In this document: in pieces, positions 11,301-21,194 of the stretch
How the letters are laid out: every line of letters begins with the position of its first letter
Position numbering within the stretch: the stretch's first letter is position 1
Origin: Phascolarctobacterium sp.
GTDB taxonomy: Bacteria > Bacillota > Negativicutes > Acidaminococcales > Acidaminococcaceae
DNA: 48,383 nt
NCBI GenBank assembly: GCA_024405615.1
Contig: JAKSOK010000001.1
Span: 1 to 48,383 of the forward strand
Reading direction: 5' to 3'
Program-made: the position numbers and the translations under genes
Notes under the pieces: generated by a model
The model's database searches: none
Told to the model about the DNA's origin: nothing
Seen by the model: the letters and a program-made list of their open reading frames with translations, nothing else

Positions 11301-12647
11301 TTGCGTTGGAATGAATTAGGGAAATTCCTGATTATTGCTTTGGCAATTATCGGTGGTTTCTGTGTGTATATCAATCCCTTAGCAAATTCCATTAAACAGG
11401 GTTTGGACCTGCAGGGTGGTTCCCACGTTGTTTTGCAGGCTGTAGAAACACCGGAATTTAAGGTTGATGATGATGCTGTTAACCGTAGTGTTAAGATTAT
11501 TGAACGCCGTATTAACGGCTTGGGTTTAACTGAGCCCGTTATTCAACGTCAAGGTAAAGATCGTATTATTGTTGAACTGCCTGGCGTAAAGGATCCTGAA
11601 AATGCTATTGCTATGTTAGGCCGTACTGCGTTAATGCAATTTAAGGATGACAGAGGCAATGTAGTTTTAACTGGTAAGGATTTGAAAGATGCTCGCGCTC
11701 AAGTAGGCCAAGGCAACGCAGCTGTTGTTGGTTTGGAATTTAATGACGAGGGTGCTAAAAAATTCGCTGAATTAACTGCTCGTAACATTGGTCGTACTAT
11801 TGCTATCGAATTGGATGGCAAGGTGTTAACTGCTCCTGTAGTACAAGAAGCAATTACTGGTGGTAGAGCGCAAATCTCCGGTCAACGTAGCGTGGAAGAA
11901 GCTGAACAATTAGCAATTCTGTTACGTTCTGGTTCTCTTCCTGTTAAAATTGAGGTTTTGGAAAACCGTACCGTTGGTCCTACCTTAGGCCAAGACTCTA
12001 AGGAAAAGAGTATAAAAGCTTTCCTGATTGGTATCGCAGCAATTTATGTTTTCATGCTGGTATTCTACCGTTTGTCCGGTATCGTAGCTGACATTGCCTT
12101 GCTGTTATACGTAATGTTATTATTAGTTGTTATGCGTTATTTAGGCGCAACCTTAACCCTGCCTGGTATTGCAGGTATTATCCTGTCTATCGGTATGGCC
12201 GTTGACGCCAACGTATTGATTTTCGAACGCTTCAAAGAAGAAGTTCGCAAAGGTAAAACTCTGCGTAGTGCTATGGCTTCCGGCTTTAGCCGCGCAATTA
12301 TTACCATTCTGGACTCCAATATTACTACCTTGATGGCTGCAGCAATCCTGTTCTATCTGGGTACTGGTCCCATCAAAGGCTTTGCGGTAACCTTGGCTTT
12401 AGGTACTTTGCTGTCCATGTTTACTGCAGTAACTGTAACTAAATTCTTACTGCAATTCCTGGTATTTGCTAATTTTACCAAGAATCCCGCTTGGTTCGGT
12501 ATTAGTGCTCCCGATGCTTCTGCTGCTAAGGTTGAAGTTGAAGAGAAGCCTAAAACTGAAAGAGTAGTACGTAAGGTTGATAACCACGTTAAAAAGGTTG
12601 GTCCTCAAGCTGCTCCTAAAACTGATAGTAAGGAGGCGAAGAAATAA
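11301..12647 (+). CDS. secD: Protein translocase subunit SecD
   Basis: GLDLQGG, VGPTLG, GMAVDANVLIFER; TTG 11301 follows AAGGAGG RBS. Confidence 0.96.
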   Translation: MRWNELGKFLIIALAIIGGFCVYINPLANSIKQGLDLQGGSHVVLQAVETPEFKVDDDAVNRSVKIIERRINGLGLTEPVIQRQGKDRIIVELPGVKDPENAIAMLGRTALMQFKDDRGNVVLTGKDLKDARAQVGQGNAAVVGLEFNDEGAKKFAELTARNIGRTIAIELDGKVLTAPVVQEAITGGRAQISGQRSVEEAEQLAILLRSGSLPVKIEVLENRTVGPTLGQDSKEKSIKAFLIGIAAIYVFMLVFYRLSGIVADIALLLYVMLLLVVMRYLGATLTLPGIAGIILSIGMAVDANVLIFERFKEEVRKGKTLRSAMASGFSRAIITILDSNITTLMAAAILFYLGTGPIKGFAVTLALGTLLSMFTAVTVTKFLLQFLVFANFTKNPAWFGISAPDASAAKVEVEEKPKTERVVRKVDNHVKKVGPQAAPKTDSKEAKK

Positions 12648-13540
12648 TGTTGGATAAATTTAGATTCTCCATTGTTAAAAATTATAAGATTTTCTTTGCT
12701 ATCAGCATTATCTTCCTGACTATTGGCTTTGGTTCCATGATTATGCGTGGCTTCAATCTGGGCATTGACTTTACTGGCGGTTCTATTATGGACCTGAAGT
12801 TTAGCAAAGCTGTAACCATTACTGAAGTTCGTGATGTACTTAAAACTCATGATTTGGGTAATAGTATTATCCAGTTGGAAAGCAAGGATACCAGTGCTAC
12901 TAGTGCTGAAGGTGTTCTGATTCGTACTGGTGTTATCGATGATGCAAAACGTCGTGAGGTTATGTCTGACCTTACTAGCAAGGTTGGCAAGTTCGATATT
13001 CAACGTGTTGAAAATGTTGGTGCTACTATCGGTGGCGAGTTGATTCAACAAGCTGTTATGGCTATCGTACTGTCCTGGTTCTTGATGATTGCCTATATTA
13101 CTCTGCGTTTCGAATTCCGTTTCGCTATTGCGGCAATCATAGCCCTGATTATCGACGTTTCTGTAACCCTGAGTTATTTCTCTCTGCTGCATATTGAAAT
13201 GGACTCCTCCTTCGTAGCAGCATTGCTGACCGTAGTAGGTTACTCTATCAACGGTACCATCGTAGTCTTCGACCGTATTCGTGAAAACCTGAAGCTTCGT
13301 CGTCGTACTGAAACTTTGACAGATATGATTGATAACTCTATTTGGCAAACTATGACTCGCAGTATCTACACTGTAGGTACCTCCTTGTTTGCAATTATCT
13401 CCATTTATTTGTGGGGCGGTGAAACCATTCATAACTTCTCCTTTGCAATGTTGGTTGGTTTCTCCTCCGGTGCCTACACTTCCACCTTCTTAGCTGGTCC
13501 GTTATGGCTGTTCCTGAGAGGTAAAAAAGCAGGCGAATAA
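12647..13540 (+). CDS. secF: Protein translocase subunit SecF
   Basis: GIDFTGG, VGATIG, GYSINGTIVVFDRIRE; TAATG overlap with secD. Confidence 0.96.
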   Translation: MLDKFRFSIVKNYKIFFAISIIFLTIGFGSMIMRGFNLGIDFTGGSIMDLKFSKAVTITEVRDVLKTHDLGNSIIQLESKDTSATSAEGVLIRTGVIDDAKRREVMSDLTSKVGKFDIQRVENVGATIGGELIQQAVMAIVLSWFLMIAYITLRFEFRFAIAAIIALIIDVSVTLSYFSLLHIEMDSSFVAALLTVVGYSINGTIVVFDRIRENLKLRRRTETLTDMIDNSIWQTMTRSIYTVGTSLFAIISIYLWGGETIHNFSFAMLVGFSSGAYTSTFLAGPLWLFLRGKKAGE

Positions 13541-13587
13541 GTTTTTAACTTATGACAATTAAAAATTAGCTTAACTTATAAGCTTTC

Positions 13588-13615
13588 AGGGGATGTATAT
13601 TGCATCCCCTTTTTT
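13588..13615 (+). terminator. Terminator of the que-sec operon
   Basis: AGGGGATGT-ATATT-GCATCCCCT then TTTTT. Confidence 0.85.
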
Positions 13616-13616
13616 A

Positions 13617-13645
13617 TTGACATAGAGTTGTTTTATAGCTATAAT
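13617..13645 (+). promoter_or_regulatory. Consensus sigma-A promoter for the decarboxylase
   Basis: TTGACA(13617-13622)-17 nt-TATAAT(13640-13645). Confidence 0.85.
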
Positions 13646-13692
13646 CAAAAAGATAGAAATTATCTTAAATAATACTCGAGGAGGAAATATCA

Positions 13693-15150
13693 TTGGCTTT
13701 AGATCAAAACTTGACTCCGCTGTTTAGCGTTATTCAAGAATATGGTAAAAAAAGACCTTCTTATTTTAGAATTCCTGGTCATAGATATGAGAACGGTATC
13801 GACCCTCTCTTTAGAGAAGCAGTAGGGGACGGTATTTTTAAATTTGACCTTACAGAAACTCCTATGACAGATGACCTGCACAATGCATCTGGTGCTATTA
13901 AAGAAGCAGAAGATTTAGCAGCAGAACTTTGGGGAGCGGATTATACTCACTTTTTAGTTAATGGTTCTACCTGTGGCAACCAAACTGCTGTTATTACTAC
14001 CTGTGGCGGTGGTGGCAAAATTGCTATTCCCCGTAATGCTCATAAATCTGCATTAATGGGTCTCATCATTGGTGGTGGCAATCCTGTTTATATTATGCCT
14101 GGTCTCGAACCAACTTGGGGATTACATGGGGGCATTACTCCTCAACAGGTAGAAGATATGTTTGCAGAAAATCCTGACTGTAAGGGTGTTATGGTTGTAA
14201 GTCCTACTTATTTCGGCATTACTAGTGATATTAAAGGTATTGCTGAGGTTTGTCACAAGCATGGAGCAATTTTAATGGTGGATGAAGCTCATGGTGCTCA
14301 CTGCTATTTCTCTGATAAGCTGCCTATGGGCGGTTTGCAAGCTGGTGCTGATATTGTTGTGCAAAGCATTCATAAGGTTACGGGCTCCTTTGGCCAAAGT
14401 TCCATGATTCATGTGAAGAGCGATTTAGTGGATAGAAAAATGTTGGAAGCAAATCTCCATTTAGTACAAAGTACAAGTCCCTCTTACGTTCTCATGACCT
14501 CCTTGGATATGGCTAGACATGACATGGCTATGCGCGGTGCCCAAATGATAGATACTGCTTTAGAGTTGGCTAGAGCTGCCAGAGCAGAGATTAATAAGAT
14601 TCCCGGTATTGCTTGCGCTGGCAGAGAAATCATTGGTAATGCAGGCATAGCTGATTTGGATGAGACACGTCTTACCATTAGTGCTGCGGAAATAGGAATT
14701 ACAGGCTTTGCTCTTAAAGAGATGCTTTTTGAAGAATATAACATCGATATGGAGCAAGCAAATTACCATGATACTTTGGCAATTGTGACTTTTGCTAATA
14801 AAAAAGAGGATCTGGATAATTTGGTAAATGCACTGCGTGCTATTGCTGAAAAATATGCGGATGGTAAACCCTTGCCGCCTGCCAGAAAACTGCCGCCTCA
14901 ACCGGAATATGTAATGTCACCAAGAGAATCTTATTTCTGCAAAAAGAAAAGAGTAGCCTGGGAAGACTGCAAAGGAAAAATTAGCGGCGAGATGATTGCT
15001 CCGTATCCTCCTGGTATTCCCGTAATTTATAATGGCGAGCGTATGTCTGATGAGGTATGGGAATTCATGACTGAATATAAGGCTAGGAAAGGTCATATGC
15101 AAGGACCCTCTGATCCTACCTTGGATACTATCCTCATTATTGAAGAGTAA
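13693..15150 (+). CDS. PLP-dependent Orn/Lys/Arg decarboxylase (fold type I)
   Basis: IPGH, FLVNGST, RNAHKS, VDEAHG, VQSIHK (PLP Lys), STSPSY, PYPPGIP; TTG start after GAGGAGG. Confidence 0.92.
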   Translation: MALDQNLTPLFSVIQEYGKKRPSYFRIPGHRYENGIDPLFREAVGDGIFKFDLTETPMTDDLHNASGAIKEAEDLAAELWGADYTHFLVNGSTCGNQTAVITTCGGGGKIAIPRNAHKSALMGLIIGGGNPVYIMPGLEPTWGLHGGITPQQVEDMFAENPDCKGVMVVSPTYFGITSDIKGIAEVCHKHGAILMVDEAHGAHCYFSDKLPMGGLQAGADIVVQSIHKVTGSFGQSSMIHVKSDLVDRKMLEANLHLVQSTSPSYVLMTSLDMARHDMAMRGAQMIDTALELARAARAEINKIPGIACAGREIIGNAGIADLDETRLTISAAEIGITGFALKEMLFEEYNIDMEQANYHDTLAIVTFANKKEDLDNLVNALRAIAEKYADGKPLPPARKLPPQPEYVMSPRESYFCKKKRVAWEDCKGKISGEMIAPYPPGIPVIYNGERMSDEVWEFMTEYKARKGHMQGPSDPTLDTILIIEE

Positions 15151-15166
15151 GCTAACTATATAAATA

Positions 15167-15205
15167 TAAAAAAGCTAGAGAATTTAGTTTCTTTAGCTTT
15201 TTTTA
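15167..15205 (+). terminator. Intrinsic terminator
   Basis: AAAAAGCTAGAG...CTTTAGCTTTTTTT. Confidence 0.75.
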
Positions 15206-15272
15206 TGCTTTATAAATGATTTTGTGATATAATATAATTATAAGGTCATAATAATGTTTTGGAGGTAATAGT

Positions 15273-15899
15273 ATGAAAAGATTATTGGCATTAGTTTGTT
15301 TTGTTTTAACAATGTTTACATCTACTTGTTTTGCTGAAAAAGTAGAGTATTTTGAGCCTAATTATAATTTTAAAAATATACAAAAGGTTTTTTTAGAATT
15401 TAGCTATAAACCTGAGCCGGATGGAGTTACAGAAAAGCTGGCAGAGAGTATTTTTGAGGAACAGGTTAATAAGGATTTATTGGTTCCTGGCAAACTGAAA
15501 AATGCTACTGTTACCATCGATGGTAACCAAAAAGAGAGTAGCGATTTGCAAGTAAAAGTGGAATTGTGTGCCTTTGCTGTAGATACTCACTACGAAGAGG
15601 GACATATGGAGACTATGCCATGTTTTAGAACTGCTTATTGCTTAACTCGTGGTGGACATGTAGCCTTTGTTGATGTTCCTACGGTGGAGCATTATTATAT
15701 TCCTGGACATAACGTTACTGTAGCTCATTGTGTTGTTAATTTTTATGGCGTAGATACTAAGACTGGCAAGATTGTCTGGAAAAGAATTGATGATGCCTGC
15801 CGTGTTGTAGATGGCGACCTTGTAAATAAAGGCAAAGCAATTTTTAGAAAATGCATTTCCAGTTTTGATAAAGACCTGAAAAAGAAATTGAAAAAATAG
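15273..15899 (+). CDS. Secreted hypothetical protein (related to 21195..22463)
   Basis: Signal peptide MKRLLALVCFVLTMFTSTCFA; GGAGG RBS; own terminator. Confidence 0.8.
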   Translation: MKRLLALVCFVLTMFTSTCFAEKVEYFEPNYNFKNIQKVFLEFSYKPEPDGVTEKLAESIFEEQVNKDLLVPGKLKNATVTIDGNQKESSDLQVKVELCAFAVDTHYEEGHMETMPCFRTAYCLTRGGHVAFVDVPTVEHYYIPGHNVTVAHCVVNFYGVDTKTGKIVWKRIDDACRVVDGDLVNKGKAIFRKCISSFDKDLKKKLKK

Positions 15900-15937
15900 A
15901 TTATTGTTTTAGATATTATTTTATCTTTAATACTTAT

Positions 15938-15968
15938 AAACGAGATGGCTTGGCTATCTCGTTTTTTT
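15938..15968 (+). terminator. Intrinsic terminator
   Basis: AAACGAGATGGC-TTG-GCTATCTCGTTTTTTT. Confidence 0.85.
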
Positions 15969-16089
15969 ATAATCTAAAGCAAATCTTACTTTGATTAAGC
16001 TTAAACTACAAATTTATATTTTCAAAATATAGGTAAATATGGTACAATATAAAATGAGTTATTTTATATAACTTTGTGGAGGAAAAGCG

Positions 16090-17160
16090 ATGGTTACGAG
16101 ACTAAGTAATTACGAGGTGCTTGAAGGTTGGTTGGACTATCTTCAGGATAAGGTTGCTGCTTTAGTTGGTACTAGTAAGGACCAGATTTTGGAGTCTGTA
16201 CGTAGACAGAATTTACTGCAACGTGAGCAGTTTTATTGTTTGGAATGTCCTTTACAGGGCGAACCTAGTATGGACTTTGCCTTGCAATATCAGACAAAAG
16301 ATTTCCTGGGAACTCGTGATTTTACAGGTAATAATAGTTTTCGTTATGCTCGCTTTTTTAATTTATATGGGCAAATGGTTGGACCGGATAAAAAATTCTA
16401 TCTAGAGTTTGAAACCATAAAGGGCGTCGGAATGGCGGCTGCTGTTTTTTTAGATATTCATAATGTGGATGCAGAAAGAGTTATTCAAAGAACTTTGGCC
16501 TTTCAGGCAGAGGCTAGAAGAATGCCGCGTATCTTAGAAATTATTGAGATTGCTAAAAAATATGAGCTTGTACCGTCTAATATAGGTTTCATATATTCTC
16601 ACCTTAATGGTCCATTGCGTTTAACCTTCGCTATACAGTTGGAAGTATTGCTTTTACCTGATCGTTATGATCCCTATGCTTATTTTGCTTTAGAGTTGGG
16701 AATGGGAAAGCAATCTGAGACTTTGCAAAAGGCTTTTGCTAAGAATCCTGATCAATTTAGAATGTTCGTGGGAAATACTGTATTGATGCAGGATTTGGTG
16801 GAGCTTTCAAATTTTGATTTCCTTGATTGTTATCTTGATATTGACATTATGCCAGATGGTAGCATAGGTGATATTATGGGCATTGAGGTTGTGCTAGGTG
16901 TTCAAAGTATCGAAGGACAACACGAAATGCTTCACTCGAAAGAGTTTGCAGAATTTATCTTCTTTCTGCAAAAAATCAATGTAATCGATGAGCGGATAGT
17001 TTGTTTTGCAGATTGTATTTTTTATGCTAATTTGCCCCAGGCTTTAGATTCCCAAGAGGTTCTTGTCTCTATGCTGTCTCACTTTAAGCTGAGATACAAG
17101 CAGGGAAAACGTTTACCTGCTAAGGTATACTTACAAGGAAATAGATCTTACGAAATATGA
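16090..17160 (+). CDS. Hypothetical cytoplasmic protein (possible PT-barrel/prenyltransferase-like)
   Basis: 356-aa ORF with GGAGG RBS, no signal peptide; function is inference only. Confidence 0.75.
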   Translation: MVTRLSNYEVLEGWLDYLQDKVAALVGTSKDQILESVRRQNLLQREQFYCLECPLQGEPSMDFALQYQTKDFLGTRDFTGNNSFRYARFFNLYGQMVGPDKKFYLEFETIKGVGMAAAVFLDIHNVDAERVIQRTLAFQAEARRMPRILEIIEIAKKYELVPSNIGFIYSHLNGPLRLTFAIQLEVLLLPDRYDPYAYFALELGMGKQSETLQKAFAKNPDQFRMFVGNTVLMQDLVELSNFDFLDCYLDIDIMPDGSIGDIMGIEVVLGVQSIEGQHEMLHSKEFAEFIFFLQKINVIDERIVCFADCIFYANLPQALDSQEVLVSMLSHFKLRYKQGKRLPAKVYLQGNRSYEI

Positions 17161-17170
17161 GGTTTAAATA

Positions 17171-17641
17171 ATGAAGAGTATGTTGTTATGTAACTATATA
17201 GTTGGTGCTTTAGGAGCTTTGGTAGGCGCTGCTATCATGAATGCTGCATCAGCTTTTCCCATGGCTTTCACTCAAAATGGTCCAGGACCTGGCTTTTGGC
17301 CCTTTAGCCTTGGCGGAGCACTATTTGCAGCTGCCATTGTTTTATTAGGCTATACGGTCTTAAATAAAAAAGAACTAGCAGAGCAGACTGTTGCTTTGAC
17401 CACTGACTCTAATAAGCGAGTCTATTTGTTAATGGGAATCATAGTTGTGTTCTGTGGATTAATCAGTGTTTTAGGATTTTTTGCAGCTGGACTTATACTG
17501 ATTCCTGCAATTATGTTGCTGATGGATTTTCATGATAAAAAGGTTATTGCCATGGCTACCATTGGTACTCTCGCTTTTATCTATATTGTCTTTTCATTAG
17601 TTCTGGGTACTAAGCTACCTCAGTCCATTTTCTTAGGCTAG
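17171..17641 (+). CDS. tctB: Tripartite tricarboxylate transporter small subunit TctB
   Basis: About 4 TM helices, GPGFWP motif, C-terminal FSLVLGTKLP; precedes tctA. Confidence 0.85.
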   Translation: MKSMLLCNYIVGALGALVGAAIMNAASAFPMAFTQNGPGPGFWPFSLGGALFAAAIVLLGYTVLNKKELAEQTVALTTDSNKRVYLLMGIIVVFCGLISVLGFFAAGLILIPAIMLLMDFHDKKVIAMATIGTLAFIYIVFSLVLGTKLPQSIFLG

Positions 17642-17653
17642 GAGGGGAGTAGG

Positions 17654-19135
17654 ATGACAGAAATTTTAAATGCTTTGCAAATGATTCTGGTACCTATGAA
17701 CCTTTTAGGTTTGATTTTTGGTGTTCTCGTAGGTATTGCTTTTGGTTGTATGCCAGGTTTGAGTGTTAATATGGGCTTGGCGTTGCTTTTCCCCTTAGCT
17801 TTTAGCTTCCATGGTATTGGTGGCATTCTCATGCTGTTAGGTATTTATTGTGGAGCTATTTATGGTGGTAGTATTTCTGCAATTTTGTTAAAAACTCCAG
17901 GTACTCCTGCTTCTGTAGCTACTACTTTAGATGGTTATCCTATGGCTACCCAAATGCGTCAACCCGGTAGAGCTTTAGGCTTATCTACTATGGCAAGTAT
18001 GTTTGGTGGCGTATTCAGTACCATTTGCTTAATTTTGTTAGCTCCTCAGCTGGCTAAGGTTGCTTTACAATTCTCTAAACCGGAATATTTTGCTTTGGCA
18101 ATTTTTGGCTTAAGTATTATTACTAGCGTATCTTCCGGCAGTGTTGTTAAGGGCATTATGGGTGGTTTATTTGGCCTTTTCCTGGCTACGGTCGGCATTG
18201 ATGATATGAGCGGTACTGTTCGTTTTACCTTAGATACAACCTATTTTTTAGGCGGTGTATCTTTCATTCCTGTGCTTATTGGTGTTTTTGCTTTTGCGCA
18301 GGTTTTAAGTAGTGTGGAAACTTATTATCATCAAAAGGTTGAGGGACAAATCATGACAATTGATGGTTCTTTACCTTCCATAGCTGATATTAAACGCGTA
18401 CTGGTTACTTTAATTCGTTCCTCTTGTATTGGCACTTTTATCGGTTGTATACCTGGTACAGGCGGCGATATCGCTTCCTTCGTATCCTATGACCAAGCTA
18501 AACGTTGGTCTAAACATAGTAGTAATTTCGGCAATGGTGAACCTGAAGGTATTGTTGCTTCCGAGGCTGGTAACAATGCTGTTTCTGGCGGTGCTTTTAT
18601 TCCGGTACTCACTCTTGGTATCCCTGGTGATGGCGCAACTGCAATCATGATGGGTGCGTTGATGGTCCAAGGCTTACAACCGGGTCCTTTGCTGTTTGTG
18701 GAAAAAGCTACTGATGTTTATGCAATTTTCATTGGTCTGTTGTTGGCAAATCTTGTTATGGGTGTTATGGGCTTCAGTTTGATTAAGCTTTTTGTAAAGG
18801 TTGTAAAAATTCCTGTACATATCCTGTTGCCAATTATCGTTATGATGACCTTTGTAGGCACCTATTCCTATAACAACTCCATGAATGATGTTTATCTGAT
18901 GGTATTTAGTGGCTTTGTAGGCTACTTCCTCAATAAACTTGGTTTCAGTATGAGTGCTGTTATCATCGGTATTATTTTAGGCAGTATGGCAGAACAAAAC
19001 TTTGTTGGTTCTCTTATTATGAGTGATGGTTCCTTTAGCGTATTCTTTACTCGTCCTTTGTGCCTCTTCTTCTTAGCTGCAGCTGCTTTGAGCTTGTTTA
19101 GTCCAGTTTTAGGTAAACTTTTTAAGAAAGGTTAA
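17654..19135 (+). CDS. tctA: Tripartite tricarboxylate transporter large subunit TctA
   Basis: GCMPGL, YGGSISAILLKTPGT, TLDGYPM, ASEAGNNA, TLGIPG, GLQPGP. Confidence 0.95.
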   Translation: MTEILNALQMILVPMNLLGLIFGVLVGIAFGCMPGLSVNMGLALLFPLAFSFHGIGGILMLLGIYCGAIYGGSISAILLKTPGTPASVATTLDGYPMATQMRQPGRALGLSTMASMFGGVFSTICLILLAPQLAKVALQFSKPEYFALAIFGLSIITSVSSGSVVKGIMGGLFGLFLATVGIDDMSGTVRFTLDTTYFLGGVSFIPVLIGVFAFAQVLSSVETYYHQKVEGQIMTIDGSLPSIADIKRVLVTLIRSSCIGTFIGCIPGTGGDIASFVSYDQAKRWSKHSSNFGNGEPEGIVASEAGNNAVSGGAFIPVLTLGIPGDGATAIMMGALMVQGLQPGPLLFVEKATDVYAIFIGLLLANLVMGVMGFSLIKLFVKVVKIPVHILLPIIVMMTFVGTYSYNNSMNDVYLMVFSGFVGYFLNKLGFSMSAVIIGIILGSMAEQNFVGSLIMSDGSFSVFFTRPLCLFFLAAAALSLFSPVLGKLFKKG

Positions 19136-19147
19136 TTTTCAAGAATT

Positions 19148-19180
19148 TGCTCCTATGGGATTTTCCATAGGAGCTTTTGT
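19148..19180 (+). terminator. Terminator after tctA
   Basis: GCTCCTATGG-GATTTT-CCATAGGAGC-TTTT. Confidence 0.85.
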
Positions 19181-19233
19181 ATTTTTTGACGTAAACAAAT
19201 ATCCATAATTTACTGGAATACTGTACATTTTCT

Positions 19234-19262
19234 TTGACATTTTTGCTTATATAGCTTATACT
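19234..19262 (+). promoter_or_regulatory. Promoter for ilvD
   Basis: TTGACA(19234-19239)-17 nt-TATACT. Confidence 0.7.
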
Positions 19263-19333
19263 TAATATAATGCCTTAATAGTGCATTGTTGTGCTAAGAC
19301 TAAAATTTATATAAAAGGAAAGAGGTTAAAATT

Positions 19334-21028
19334 ATGCGTTCTCAAGAAGTAAAATTGGGTTCTACCCGCGCTGCTCATCGCTCTCTGTTCTATGCAATGG
19401 GCTATACTGAAGAAGAATTAAAGAAGCCTTTAATCGGCGTTTGCTGTGCAGCTAACGAAATTATTCCTGGTCATATGCATCTGGATCAAATCGCACAAGC
19501 AGTTAAATATGGTATTTTAGAAGCTGGTGGCGTTCCTATTGAATTCCCTGCAATTGGTATCTGCGATGGTATTGCTATGGGCCATAACGGCATGAAATAT
19601 CCTCTGGCATCTCGTGAATTAGTAGCTGACTCCATTGAAGCTGTTGCTAATGGTCACCAATTTGATGCGCTGGTATTAATCCCTAACTGCGATAAAATCG
19701 TTCCTGGTATGCTGATGGCTGCTGCTCGTCTGAACATTCCCGCTGTTGTAGTATCTGGCGGTCCTATGTTGCCCGGTCGTCTGAATGGCAAAGATATTTC
19801 TGTATCTACCTGCTTCGAAGCTGCTGGTCGTTTTGAATCCGGCCAAATCAATGCTGAAGAATTGAGCGAAGTAGAACATGCTTGCTGCCCTGGTTGCGGT
19901 TCCTGCTCTGGTCTGTTCACTGCTAATACCATGAACTGCTTAACCGAAGTTTTAGGTATGGGCCTGCCTGGCAATGGTACCATTCCTGCAGCTTACAATG
20001 GCAAACGTATTGCTTTAGCTAAACATGCTGGTATGGCAGTTATGAATATGCTGGCTAAAGCTGAAGCTGGTGAGAAGGTTCTGCCTCGTGATATCATGAG
20101 CATGCAAGCTTTTGAAAATGCTATTACTGTTGATATGGCTATTGGTGGTTCTTCCAACACTGCATTGCATCTGCCTGCAATTGCACACGAATGCGGCATT
20201 GATCTGCCTTTGGAAAAATTCGACGAAATTGCTAAACATACTCCTTACCTGACCAAGATGAGCCCTGGTGGTTCTCATCACATCATTGACTTGAACGAAG
20301 CCGGCGGTATCCCTGCAGTTATGCATGAACTGGATAAGCTTGGCATCATCAATAAAGAGTGCTACAATGTTAGCGGTAAAACCTATGGTGAAATCATTGC
20401 TAATGCTGAAATCACTCGTCCTGAGGTTATTCATAGCATTGACAATCCTTACAACAAGACCGGCGGTATCGCAGTTCTGAAGGGCAACATTGCTCCTGAC
20501 TGCTCTGTTGTTAAAGAATCTGCAGTTGATCCTTCTATGAAGGTATTCAGCGGTCCTGCTAAGGTTTATGACTCTGAAGACGAAGCTATTGCTGCTATCT
20601 GTGCTAAAGAAATCGTTTCTGGCGACGTAGTTGTAATTCGTTATGAAGGTCCTAAAGGTGGTCCTGGCATGCGCGAAATGCTGAACCCCACCTCCGTACT
20701 GGCTGGCATGGGTCACGATAAAGATGTTGCTCTGTTGACTGATGGTCGTTTCTCTGGCGCTACTCGTGGTGCTTGCATTGGTCACATTTCTCCGGAAGCA
20801 CGTGAAGGCGGCAATATCGCTTTGATTCAAACTGGTGATATTATCGATATCGATATTCCGAATCGTACTCTGAACGTTCGCCTGAGCGATGAAGAATTGG
20901 CTGAACGTCGTGCTAAATGGGTTTGCCCTGAACCTAAAGTTAAGAGTGGTTACCTGGCTCGTTATGCAGCTCTGGTATCCTCTGCAGCTTTCGGCGCTGT
21001 AATGCAAATTCCTGGTCAAAAGAAATAA
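19334..21028 (+). CDS. ilvD: Dihydroxy-acid dehydratase
   Basis: [48 protein letters not shown]. Confidence 0.97.
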   Translation: MRSQEVKLGSTRAAHRSLFYAMGYTEEELKKPLIGVCCAANEIIPGHMHLDQIAQAVKYGILEAGGVPIEFPAIGICDGIAMGHNGMKYPLASRELVADSIEAVANGHQFDALVLIPNCDKIVPGMLMAAARLNIPAVVVSGGPMLPGRLNGKDISVSTCFEAAGRFESGQINAEELSEVEHACCPGCGSCSGLFTANTMNCLTEVLGMGLPGNGTIPAAYNGKRIALAKHAGMAVMNMLAKAEAGEKVLPRDIMSMQAFENAITVDMAIGGSSNTALHLPAIAHECGIDLPLEKFDEIAKHTPYLTKMSPGGSHHIIDLNEAGGIPAVMHELDKLGIINKECYNVSGKTYGEIIANAEITRPEVIHSIDNPYNKTGGIAVLKGNIAPDCSVVKESAVDPSMKVFSGPAKVYDSEDEAIAAICAKEIVSGDVVVIRYEGPKGGPGMREMLNPTSVLAGMGHDKDVALLTDGRFSGATRGACIGHISPEAREGGNIALIQTGDIIDIDIPNRTLNVRLSDEELAERRAKWVCPEPKVKSGYLARYAALVSSAAFGAVMQIPGQKK

Positions 21029-21040
21029 TTAGTAAATATA

Positions 21041-21078
21041 AAATCACGTTCTACAGCAATGTAGGACGTGATTTTTTT
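21041..21078 (+). terminator. Terminator after ilvD
   Basis: AAATCACGTTCTACA-GCAA-TGTAGGACGTGATTTTTTT. Confidence 0.88.
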
Positions 21079-21111
21079 ATCCAACTTTTAGGAATGTCTT
21101 TTATTAATTTC

Positions 21112-21140
21112 TTGCTAGGGGTGAAGAGGTTTGATATAAT
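21112..21140 (+). promoter_or_regulatory. Promoter for the secreted protein gene
   Basis: TTGCTA-17 nt-TATAAT with extended TG. Confidence 0.65.
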
Positions 21141-21194
21141 GCTAATTAAAGATGTTGTTTAGCGAATTTATTTTTAATGAATGGAGGATATGCG

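Noticed and set aside
12605-13432. 275-aa antisense ORF inside secF (likewise 44175..44756 in ilvA and 47071..47628 in nusA/ylxR)
   Set aside because: Overlaps well-supported genes on the opposite strand; composition typical of shadow ORFs
19263-19333. T-box or leader-peptide attenuator for ilvD (also checked for ilvA)
   Set aside because: Leaders are short and AT-rich with no T-box sequence, terminator or leader ORF
20015-21019. 334-aa antisense ORF inside ilvD
   Set aside because: Codon-register shadow of a highly biased gene; no RBS or recognisable motifs
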